This document shows positions 9,180 to 17,305 of a stretch of DNA of 28,987 bases, piece after piece; the stretch's first letter is position 1, and every line of letters begins with the position of its first letter. The notes beneath the pieces are model-generated. The model was not told the origin of the DNA. It searched no databases and saw only the letters and a list, made by a program, of their open reading frames with translations. A program made the translations under genes and the position numbers. Source of the stretch: a virus (Duplodnaviria; Caudoviricetes); IMG/VR virus record IMGVR_UViG_3300025503_000003, positions 1 to 28,987 of that record. One strand, 5' to 3'.

Positions 9180-10337
9180 ATGTCGGACAGCGTAACGGTC
9201 GCAGCGCCCCCCGACACCTCGACCGTCGCGGCGAGCCTTCTGGCCTATATCTCTGGGCAGAGCGGCGTCGTGACCGACTTCAACAAGGGGTCGCAGGTAC
9301 GGACCCTCTCGGAGGCGGTCGGCCAGATATCGGAACTCGAGGGCATTGCCGCGCAGGCGCTCGCCTTCCAGACGATCATCTACGGGTGCTGGGCCGCCTT
9401 CGGCATCGTGCCGCTCACCGCCCAGGCCGCCACCGGAGTCGTCACCTTCGTCACGGCGACATCTGGCACGCCGCCGCCGGCCTCACAGGCTGTTCTGATC
9501 CCGGCCGGAACGATTGTGCAGACCACGGGAGGCACGCAGTTCCAGACAACCCAGGACGTGACGCTCGCGGTGGGCGCGACCAGCGTCTCGGTTCCGGTGG
9601 TGGCCGTGACCGCAGGCGCCGCGGGGAACTGCCCGCAGGGGGCCATCAACACGATCGTCTCGGCGATCCCGTATCCGCTCTACGTCACGAACGGCGCGCT
9701 GATCGCCAACGGCAGCGACGCCGAGACGCCGGCCGCGACGATGCTGCGCTTCACCGCCAAGGTGATGAGCCTCCCCGCCTCGACTCCGGTCGCGATCGCC
9801 AACGCCTGCATCGGTGTTACGGCACCCGGCTCGTCCGAGCAGGTGCTCTACTCGACAGTCTACGAGCCGTGGATCGAGCAGGCGCAGGGCAGCCAGACTG
9901 CGGGCTACCAGGTCTACATCGACAACGGCAGCGGCACGGCCTCGTCTGGCCTCGTCGCCGCCGTCGCCGCGCTGCTGCCGGGCAACCGGGCCGCAGGCCT
10001 GATCGGCTACGCGGACGCCGGCGTCCCTCGCTCGGTCGCGGCGGTCACGCCGGTAAATTGGAGCGTGGTCGTTACGGCGACGCTGCTCGATAGCACCACT
10101 GCGGCCGCCAACACCGCCAGCGTCCAGACCGCTGTGCAGGCCTACGCCGCCAGCCTGCAGTTCGGCGCGAGCCCGGCTGCGTCGCAGATCAACACCGCCG
10201 TCGGCAACGCGCTGGCTGGCTTCACGAGCTCCTACTCCGTGGCCCTGCTCGACGGCAGCGGCACGGCGCAGCAGACGATCACGGTGCCGCCTACGCAGCG
10301 GGCACTGCTGACCACCGTGACATCGAACCTAAGCTGA
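9180..10337 (+). CDS. Baseplate J-like (gp6/gp47-like) wedge protein
   Basis: TDFNKGSQVRTLSEAV, AATGVVTF, IPAGTIVQT, AVTAGAAGN and NGSDAETxxxxxxRF motifs typical of the baseplate J family; 385 aa. Confidence 0.9.
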   Translation: MSDSVTVAAPPDTSTVAASLLAYISGQSGVVTDFNKGSQVRTLSEAVGQISELEGIAAQALAFQTIIYGCWAAFGIVPLTAQAATGVVTFVTATSGTPPPASQAVLIPAGTIVQTTGGTQFQTTQDVTLAVGATSVSVPVVAVTAGAAGNCPQGAINTIVSAIPYPLYVTNGALIANGSDAETPAATMLRFTAKVMSLPASTPVAIANACIGVTAPGSSEQVLYSTVYEPWIEQAQGSQTAGYQVYIDNGSGTASSGLVAAVAALLPGNRAAGLIGYADAGVPRSVAAVTPVNWSVVVTATLLDSTTAAANTASVQTAVQAYAASLQFGASPAASQINTAVGNALAGFTSSYSVALLDGSGTAQQTITVPPTQRALLTTVTSNLS

Positions 10338-10341
10338 TCCG

Positions 10342-10986
10342 ATGGACTGGTCCGCCGTATCCGCCACGCTCGCCGCGCTTCCGCGCACGTTCCAGCGCTC
10401 GGGCCCGAACTTTGCCGCGTACCAGAACTCGGTGATCGCGGCGCTGTCCGAGTTCACCAGCGGCGTCGACAGCCTGGTCGCGCAGTCGGTCGGCGCCAGC
10501 GGGGCGAGCGGCAAGTGGCTCGACGTGTGGGGCGAGGCCCTCGGTCTGCCGCGGCAGCCGGGCGAGTCACGCTCGACCTACCTCGGCCGCATCAATGCAA
10601 TGTGCGCCCTGCCACGCGGCACGGTGCCGGCGATCGAGACCTACATGCAGCTGGTGGCGAACCTCTCGGTCACCGTGACGGAGAACTTCCCCTCCGTCGG
10701 GTGGACGATGACGCTCTCCTCGGCGAGCGCGCTGCAGAACGCCGTGGCGCTCGAGACGGGGCTTGGCGCCGTGCGCCCGGCCGGCGTGCCGTACAGCCTC
10801 GTGGTGCAGCAGGGCGGATCGTTCCTTTCCACGTCCAACTTCTTCGGCCGGTCGCGCGCCAAGGGTTCCTACCTCACCAGCCAATCTCACGGGCTCTCTC
10901 CCTCCGTGGCCCCGAATACCAACAATGTGGTCGTGGAGCTTCCTATGACCTTCCTGACTGACCCCACATTGAACCCGGCGAGTTGA
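10342..10986 (+). CDS. Baseplate I / gp7-like wedge protein
   Basis: ASGKWLDVWGEALGLPRQPGESRSTYLGRI, RGTVPAI and VRPAGVPY motifs; follows the J-like gene. Confidence 0.8.
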   Translation: MDWSAVSATLAALPRTFQRSGPNFAAYQNSVIAALSEFTSGVDSLVAQSVGASGASGKWLDVWGEALGLPRQPGESRSTYLGRINAMCALPRGTVPAIETYMQLVANLSVTVTENFPSVGWTMTLSSASALQNAVALETGLGAVRPAGVPYSLVVQQGGSFLSTSNFFGRSRAKGSYLTSQSHGLSPSVAPNTNNVVVELPMTFLTDPTLNPAS

Positions 10987-10988
10987 CA

Positions 10989-12566
10989 ATGCAGACCCCG
11001 ATCTTCAGCGACGACCAGTTCGTCAACGCATCGTCTTTCAGCACCGCGTTCTCGCAGGGCGCGGCCAGCCTCGCCGCGCACTGCGCCGCGGCAAACATCG
11101 CAGGCGTCGTCTCCCCGTCGGCGCTCGGCTTCTCGGCGAACGGGCTGGTTCTGACCGTCAACACGCCGGCGCCTTTCGCGGTGCTGTTCGGCAGCGGCGT
11201 CCTGGCCTCGGGCAGCGGCACAACGTCGGGGCAGATCAGCAGCGCCTACTCCGTGCCGCTCTCGAGCTTCCTGCCCGGCTCCGGGTCCGCAACCGTCTAC
11301 ATCGTCGCGCAGGCTTTCACCCTGCCGTCCGGGTCCTTTGTCGTCTCCGGTGCGCCAGCCGGCATGCCCGACTACGACCCGACGTTCCAGCCCTACGTCG
11401 CCTACTCGTACGACCTCGACAGCTTGGCGATCACGGCGACCACGACGGCCCCGGACAACGTGTCGTCGATAGAGCTCGGCCGCTTGGTTCTGACGCCGGG
11501 TCAAACGGCCCTCGGCGCGGTCGACACCTCGCATCAGGTCGGTCTCGGGTCCGTGCTCTCGCAGGCGCAGCTGAACGCGATCTACGCCGAGGTCCAGTCC
11601 GAGACGAACTACTTCACCGGCGTCAACACCTTCTCGCAGTCCCCTATCGTCCCGACGGCCGCTAGCGGCGACAATTCGACCAAGGCGGCCAACACCGCGT
11701 TCGTTGCGGGAGCCGTCGCCGCCGAGGCCACCGCGCGTATCGCCGCTGAGTCGCTGCTGGCACCGAAAGCCTCCCCGGTTCTGACCGGCGTGCCAACCGC
11801 GCCGACGGCGACCCCAGGCACCAACAACCTGCAGATCGCGAGCACCGCTTTCGTCGGCAACGCGGTGCTTGGCGAGACCCTGTCCCGGCAGCAGGCCGAG
11901 TCGCTTCTGGTCGCCCTGACCATGCTGACGACGGCGACGTGGATCACTACCGTCAACAAGGGTATCCCGGTCGCGGCACCGTCATGGGCCGGGCGCTACT
12001 GGATGCTGGTCGTCGGCGGCGGCGGCGGCGGTAGCAACTGCATCGCCACCAAGGACGGCAGCGGCAACTACGTCTCGGCGTTCGGCGGCGGCGGCGGCGG
12101 CGGCGGCTGGGCCATCCATGTGGGCACCGTCTCCCCGGGGGCCGTCCTGACCTTCGTGGTAGGCGCGGGCGGCACCCCGGAAGCATCTGGCGGGACGACC
12201 TCGTTCTACGCGCCTGGGTCCTCTAGCCCGACGGTCTACGCCACTGGTGGAAGTGGCAGTTCATTCACCGGCCCGTACAACTGTCCGGGCGCCGGCGGCG
12301 GTGTTGGCGTCGGCGGCAACCAGGCCATCGGCTACGGGTCTTGCGGCAACGACGGGCAGCAGGGCCAGTTCTTCAGCATTTCCGGCAGCGGCGGTAGCAG
12401 CCTGTTCGCCGGCGCAGGCAGGGCGGGCAACACCAGCGGCGCCCCGGGCCTGTCGTTCGGCGCAGGCGGCGGCGGGGCCTACGACACCGGCTTCACGGCC
12501 GCCCAGCACTTCGGCGGCACGGGCTTCCAGGGCGTCGCCGTCCTCCTGTTCCTTCCCCCTCTCTAA
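10989..12566 (+). CDS. Tail fibre protein with fibre repeats and C-terminal glycine-rich domain
   Basis: ATG at 10989 (alternative TTG at 10983). Two 50-aa repeats containing PTAxxGxNxxxxAxTAFV (about 11640-11905), then a domain rich in poly-Gly runs (VVGGGGGG, FGAGGGG, GGTGFQGVAVL). Confidence 0.85.
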   Translation: MQTPIFSDDQFVNASSFSTAFSQGAASLAAHCAAANIAGVVSPSALGFSANGLVLTVNTPAPFAVLFGSGVLASGSGTTSGQISSAYSVPLSSFLPGSGSATVYIVAQAFTLPSGSFVVSGAPAGMPDYDPTFQPYVAYSYDLDSLAITATTTAPDNVSSIELGRLVLTPGQTALGAVDTSHQVGLGSVLSQAQLNAIYAEVQSETNYFTGVNTFSQSPIVPTAASGDNSTKAANTAFVAGAVAAEATARIAAESLLAPKASPVLTGVPTAPTATPGTNNLQIASTAFVGNAVLGETLSRQQAESLLVALTMLTTATWITTVNKGIPVAAPSWAGRYWMLVVGGGGGGSNCIATKDGSGNYVSAFGGGGGGGGWAIHVGTVSPGAVLTFVVGAGGTPEASGGTTSFYAPGSSSPTVYATGGSGSSFTGPYNCPGAGGGVGVGGNQAIGYGSCGNDGQQGQFFSISGSGGSSLFAGAGRAGNTSGAPGLSFGAGGGGAYDTGFTAAQHFGGTGFQGVAVLLFLPPL

Positions 12567-12587
12567 CGATCCGACAGAGAAGCAGCC

Positions 12588-13049
12588 ATGTTTCAGGACA
12601 TCGCGCAGCCGGGTGAGCCTATGCCTAAGAGACCAGACGACGCGGACGCCGAGCGTCCCGCCCCGGATGTCGCCGGATTCCTGAAGTCCTGGTCGCCAGC
12701 CGTTATCACGCTGCTCGCGAACATCATCATGGCGACGTGGTACATGAGCTCGCAGCATGCTGACATCGTCGCTATCCAGTCCGACCTGCAAGGCATCCAT
12801 GACACGATGCGCCAGAACAACCTCGTGTTCCGGGTGCAGACCCTCGAGGACGCGCACAGGGCTGACACTGCGACGATGCAGGATCTCCGCACCCAGGCGC
12901 AGGAGAACAACGCCGCGGTCAATCAGCAGATCAAGGACCTAAGTTCTTCGATCAACAGCCAGGGTCAGACACTGGCGACGATCTCGGCCCGGCTCGACTT
13001 CGTGATCGACCGCATGTACCCCGAGGCGCAAGCCCCGAAGGCGAAGTGA
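12588..13049 (+). CDS. Single-pass membrane protein with coiled coil; candidate inner-membrane spanin (or holin-like lysis protein)
   Basis: Hydrophobic segment PAVITLLANIIMATWYM followed by about 90 aa of heptad-like helix. It is coupled to a downstream lipoprotein. Confidence 0.5.
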   Translation: MFQDIAQPGEPMPKRPDDADAERPAPDVAGFLKSWSPAVITLLANIIMATWYMSSQHADIVAIQSDLQGIHDTMRQNNLVFRVQTLEDAHRADTATMQDLRTQAQENNAAVNQQIKDLSSSINSQGQTLATISARLDFVIDRMYPEAQAPKAK

Positions 13050-13444
13050 TGAGAATGCTGGCAGTCCTCATAGCTGTCGCTCTTGCCGGGTGCTCCCTCC
13101 CGATGGTGTGCCCGCCTGCCGCGGCCCCCACGCCGGCCGTCGTCGCGGTCTTGAAGGCACCCATCGAAGTCGTGAAGGTTCCGGTCCCGGAGCCTGGAAA
13201 CCATCTCGTCACGCGCCGGGCCATCATCCGCACCTTCGACGCCATGCAGCTTGAGGTAGCGACGGCGATCAAGAGCATGCACACGCCCGACAAGATAGAG
13301 CACCTGACGATGCTGGATGACCACGCCGGGACAGCCATTGAGCCGCTGCGGCATGTCATGGAGCCTGTCACGCAGTATCAGGTCGACGAGGCGGTCAAGA
13401 CGATGCTGGCCCTGCGCGACTACCTCAGTCAAAATCGGCTTTAG
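13049..13444 (+). CDS. Lipoprotein; candidate outer-membrane spanin
   Basis: MRMLAVLIAVA-LAGC lipobox followed by a Pro-rich stretch (CPPAAAPTP...PVPEP). ATG at 13049 overlaps the upstream TGA (alternative GTG at 13046). Confidence 0.6.
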   Translation: MRMLAVLIAVALAGCSLPMVCPPAAAPTPAVVAVLKAPIEVVKVPVPEPGNHLVTRRAIIRTFDAMQLEVATAIKSMHTPDKIEHLTMLDDHAGTAIEPLRHVMEPVTQYQVDEAVKTMLALRDYLSQNRL

Positions 13445-13898
13445 GCGCCTCGAACTCAATCATGATGCGGCTGAACGACTTCGACTCGTTGCGGGTCTCC
13501 TCGTACCAGTCCTCGACCCACGACCCGAGGCTCTTGAGCTCCGTGTCGCGCACCCACCAGTACGGGTGGCGCCAGTTCAGATCGAGGATCTTCTCGAGCA
13601 CCCACTTGAGAACCTCGGTCTTCCAGGTGTAGCCGCGCAGGAGGAAGCTCAGTTCCGAGTACAGGTCCCGCTTGTTCTGCGCTTCCAGGTGCGCTCTGAT
13701 CTTGCGCTTCCAGGCATCCGTCTCTGGCGTGACCGAGATGAACGGCTGCCCTTCACGAAGCCGCTGCGCGTCCTCGCGTTGAAGGCGGGTCGACCGGGCG
13801 CCGACACAGAGGAAGCAGCGGCACGGCTTAGCCTCGCCATCGAGCTCATCGTAGTCCCAATGCTCGAGGCTTGGCATGATGCGGGGCGTGTGGTCCAT
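13425..13898 (-). CDS. Hypothetical protein, 157 aa, CxCxxC motif, Trp-rich
   Basis: 3' part of track ORF 13425..14585. ATG at 13898 lies 2 nt after the glycosyltransferase stop (MDHTPRIMPSLEHW...PCRCFLC). Composition is protein-like, unlike the upstream shadow part. Confidence 0.7.
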   Translation of the reverse strand: MDHTPRIMPSLEHWDYDELDGEAKPCRCFLCVGARSTRLQREDAQRLREGQPFISVTPETDAWKRKIRAHLEAQNKRDLYSELSFLLRGYTWKTEVLKWVLEKILDLNWRHPYWWVRDTELKSLGSWVEDWYEETRNESKSFSRIMIEFEAPKADFD

Positions 13899-13900
13899 AG

Positions 13901-16900
13901 CTAGGCGGGCTCGGTCAGGTGCTTCAGGACTGCGCTGCGGACCACGTTGGCGACGTTCTGTTCGCCGCCCGGAGCTTCCGGCCAGGCAACCGTGATGGCG
14001 CCCTCGGACGCGCGCTCGAGAGCCAGCAGTGCGACGAGGCCCGCCACCGACACGCCGGCAGCGTCGGCCAGCGTGATGGTCTGGATGTCGAGGCCGCGCA
14101 GCGCGTCCAGGAGGCGCGGTGCGTCGCCGGCGATGTCGAAGGGCTTGACGTTCGGCATCTGCGGGCCGTCGATCACGATCTCGCCGCCCGTGACTGTGGC
14201 CAGAAAGCAGAGGTAGCCCTCGGAGAACAGCTTGCGCGCAGTGTCCAGATCGCCATTGACGAGCAGCACGCGCTGCGGGCTGGCGATCTGCTGCTGGTCG
14301 TCCTCGGAGAGCCAGGGCAGCGGAGGCGGCAGCAACGCCGGCTGCGTCAGGAACGCCGTCGGCCGAACGTTCGCGTTCACCTGCGGATCCGTGGCGAAGC
14401 CTGATAGGTCCGCAGCCTCGCCGTCCGGGCGGCCGTGCAGGACCGCCGGCGTCGTGGCGCAGACGATATTGCGCAGTCCGGCGCTCCCGAGGCTTTCGCA
14501 CCAATCGATATGCGGGCCATCGGCGGCAACCGATTCCAGAACCTCGCGACGGATGGCGTAGCAGGCCGAGGACACCGCGGACCACTCGGCGGTGAGCACG
14601 GCGCGGCCGTTTATGCCGGGGTTCTCGACCGGCATGCCCTCAAAGACGTAGACCGTCGGCTCGGTGCCGAGCAGGACGCCGCCGTGGGCGACGGTCTTGT
14701 GATCGGCGGCGAGCATCTTGACGCCCACCATTCCGACGCCCTGCCGCGCGGCGAGTGCGGCCATGTCGCCGATCATCGCGCCATCGAGCACTTCGACGCA
14801 GTCCTCGATCACGACAAGGACATCGTACTCGCGATCAGCCACCGCCGAGTCGAGATCGGCTACGGTCGGCTCGCCGTCCGCAAGCTCGCGCACCCATACG
14901 TCGCCCACGAGACGCAGGTCATAGGGCAGGGCGCTCCGGTTGGCGGACATGCTGCGCAGGCACCGTGCGGTGCGCGTGCGATCCGTCGCGATGACGGCCA
15001 CTCGCACCCGGAGGTCGGTGCTCGGCAGGAAGCGGACCTGCAGCGCCGGCGCATAGGCCGGGTGGCGCCCGACGGCGGCCGGCTGCCCGGTGCGCAGAAG
15101 GTGCTCCACGACTGCGCCTTGGCGCGCGGCCGGGTCTTCCAGGTGCAGAGGCAGATGGGCCAGCACCTGCGGGACATGGACGATCTTGCTGGCGTCGGGC
15201 GCCCCATTGAGCCAGGCGTGTGCCTCGATGTAGCGCAGCAAGGTCGCGAACAGGCTCTCGCCCTCGACATAGACCTGGGCCAGAAGGTCGCGGCGGAACG
15301 CGCAGACCGGCGTGATGTAGTCGATCGCGAGCAGGAGCTCGTAGTTGAAGTCGGGCTTGAAGAACGGGTGCAGCGCCTGCCCGTCCTTGCCGATGTGGTC
15401 GTGGTCGGCGTAGAGCAGGGCCGCGTCGGGATTCTCCGAGATAGCCAGCTGCATCGTCGCCATCTGCGCCATGTCGAGAGACCCGTCGGTGTAGAGGACG
15501 ACCCAGCTTTCCTCGACATCGTCGGCCAGCACCCACGAAATCCCATGCGACCACACGGGTTTCGGCGCCTTGTCTCCAAGCGTCTTGACCGCAGCATCTT
15601 GCGCTTGGTGACGCAGTGATCCACGGCCGTAGTGCATCTCGTGCCACTGCGCGTAGCTCTCGGTCGGCGGCGCCTCATAGGTGATCCGCGAGAAGGCGAA
15701 ATCGAGCTCGGCTCGCGCCTCGGCGTACGGCTTGTCCTCGGCGACGGCGTTCATCGCGTCAGCGAGGCGCGGGTGCCACTGCATCACCTCACGCATCTGC
15801 CGGATGGTGTCGTCGTCGATCTTCGGCGGCTCCGCGACGCGGGTGAACGCCCCGGGGTCGACGACGTGCTTCAGCCCGATTTCCAGGCAGCGGGCGCCCC
15901 ACTCCATCAGGGCCACGTTACGATCGGCGTACCGCTTGAAGTCGGGCTCACCGACACGGGCAAGCGCGGCACGGCTCAGCGTGGCGTTCGGCCCGTGCGG
16001 GATCGCCGCCGGCCATAGGTCCAGCGGGCCCGCCGCGAGCTTGATGTCGTCGGCCTGTTCGGGCGTGATCGGGGTGAACCGGCCGACCATCGGGTAGTCG
16101 CCGTCGTTGGACGCGCTGCTGATTGAGGCAGTGCCCGACAGGCGTGCAAATACGCCCGTGGGGTCAGCGGCTTCGTGCGGCGAGAACAGCGCAGCGCCGA
16201 TCGGCAGCCACGCGCGCAGCCAGGTATCGAGATGCTTCTCGAGGGTGCGCTCAGACTTCGCCCACTCGTGCAGCAGCGCGCCCTGCGCCGCGCAGTAGTC
16301 GGCATCCGCGCCACCCGGAAGGAATCGCACCAGGCGCTCGGCGGCGATGGCCGGGTCCTGATCGAATTGCATGCCGATGACCGACAGGCCGTAGCAGGCG
16401 TTCGACAGGACCGGGAAGCCCGCCGCGGCGAACTCGAGAACGCGCAGGTCGCTCTTGCAGTTGTCGAAGTCGGTATGGCCGAACGGCGCGATCGCCAGAT
16501 CGAGATCGAGATCCGTCAGGGCTCGGGGGTAGGCGTCGTAGCCGACGGCCGCGTGGATCTCGACCAGCCCCTCGACCCCGACCGGCGAGGAGCCCATGAA
16601 CACCCACTGGACGCGGTCGGCTGTCGCGCGGATCAGGTCAGCGAGGGCGTTGAGCTCGGCAGCGTGCGATGTGCCGCCCGCCCAGCCGACGCGCGGCTTC
16701 GCATGCGGGGGCTTGCGGCGGTTATCGGAGCGACCGGCCGCGCACTCGTTGAAGAACCGCTGGGTCAGGAAGTTCGGCACCACGACCGGATCGCGGCATT
16801 TTATTTCGGTGCGGAGCCGCCCGGCCAGCGTGCGCGTCGTGGTGACGACAGCATCGCACAACTGCATGCCGCGCCGCAGGTGGCTCCTGATACCGGCCGG

Positions 16901-17227
16901 GATCAGGTGACCGCGCCCGTTGCTCTCGGGCACGTCCCAGAGCTTGTCGTCGATCTCGTAGACGATGTGGGCGTTCGGGCAGGCGTTGCGGTAGGCGCGC
17001 AGCGCGTCGAGTTCGGTCTTCGTGTATGGGTGCTGGACGACGATCACGTCCGGGTTCAGTGCGGCGATGTCCTGCGCTGACCGGAACCCGCGCTCCACCA
17101 GAGTCGTCGCGACGCCGTTGGCGCGCATGGCCATAGCCGGGGACGACATGCGGTAGAAGCCGCTCGCGTGCTCGGACGCCGGATGGACCAGGATCTTCGG
17201 CGGGCGCTTGGAGAAGTCGGCAGGCAT
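13901..17227 (-). CDS. Multidomain glycosyltransferase (N-terminal GT-B/GT4-like domain followed by several GT2-like segments), 1108 aa
   Basis: GT-B-like: VYEIDDKLW, KPRVGWAGGTSH, DLAIAPFGHTDFDNCKSDLRVLEFAAAGFPVL. GT2-like: LLYADHDHIG...PFFKPDFNYELL and VGMVGVKML...HGGVLLG...SAVSSACYAIRRE. GGAG SD upstream. Confidence 0.88.
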   Translation of the reverse strand: MPADFSKRPPKILVHPASEHASGFYRMSSPAMAMRANGVATTLVERGFRSAQDIAALNPDVIVVQHPYTKTELDALRAYRNACPNAHIVYEIDDKLWDVPESNGRGHLIPAGIRSHLRRGMQLCDAVVTTTRTLAGRLRTEIKCRDPVVVPNFLTQRFFNECAAGRSDNRRKPPHAKPRVGWAGGTSHAAELNALADLIRATADRVQWVFMGSSPVGVEGLVEIHAAVGYDAYPRALTDLDLDLAIAPFGHTDFDNCKSDLRVLEFAAAGFPVLSNACYGLSVIGMQFDQDPAIAAERLVRFLPGGADADYCAAQGALLHEWAKSERTLEKHLDTWLRAWLPIGAALFSPHEAADPTGVFARLSGTASISSASNDGDYPMVGRFTPITPEQADDIKLAAGPLDLWPAAIPHGPNATLSRAALARVGEPDFKRYADRNVALMEWGARCLEIGLKHVVDPGAFTRVAEPPKIDDDTIRQMREVMQWHPRLADAMNAVAEDKPYAEARAELDFAFSRITYEAPPTESYAQWHEMHYGRGSLRHQAQDAAVKTLGDKAPKPVWSHGISWVLADDVEESWVVLYTDGSLDMAQMATMQLAISENPDAALLYADHDHIGKDGQALHPFFKPDFNYELLLAIDYITPVCAFRRDLLAQVYVEGESLFATLLRYIEAHAWLNGAPDASKIVHVPQVLAHLPLHLEDPAARQGAVVEHLLRTGQPAAVGRHPAYAPALQVRFLPSTDLRVRVAVIATDRTRTARCLRSMSANRSALPYDLRLVGDVWVRELADGEPTVADLDSAVADREYDVLVVIEDCVEVLDGAMIGDMAALAARQGVGMVGVKMLAADHKTVAHGGVLLGTEPTVYVFEGMPVENPGINGRAVLTAEWSAVSSACYAIRREVLESVAADGPHIDWCESLGSAGLRNIVCATTPAVLHGRPDGEAADLSGFATDPQVNANVRPTAFLTQPALLPPPLPWLSEDDQQQIASPQRVLLVNGDLDTARKLFSEGYLCFLATVTGGEIVIDGPQMPNVKPFDIAGDAPRLLDALRGLDIQTITLADAAGVSVAGLVALLALERASEGAITVAWPEAPGGEQNVANVVRSAVLKHLTEPA

Positions 17228-17269
17228 CAGTGAACTCCGGAGGGTTGCGTCCTCGAGAGCTACGATCCC

Positions 17270-17297
17270 AAGCGTCCAACTCGTTGCAATCGTGTCG
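17270..17297 (-). promoter_or_regulatory. Repeated upstream motif A, copy 1 (upstream of the glycosyltransferase)
   Basis: CGTTGCAATCGTGTCG (17282-17297) is identical to 21112-21127, and the flank AxGCGxxxAACY is also shared. Confidence 0.6.
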
Positions 17298-17305
17298 TGA
17301 AACCG

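Noticed and set aside
2-13444. Tailocin or extracellular contractile injection system instead of a phage
   Set aside because: Intact-looking terminase and portal genes are adjacent, indicating a DNA-packaging virus.
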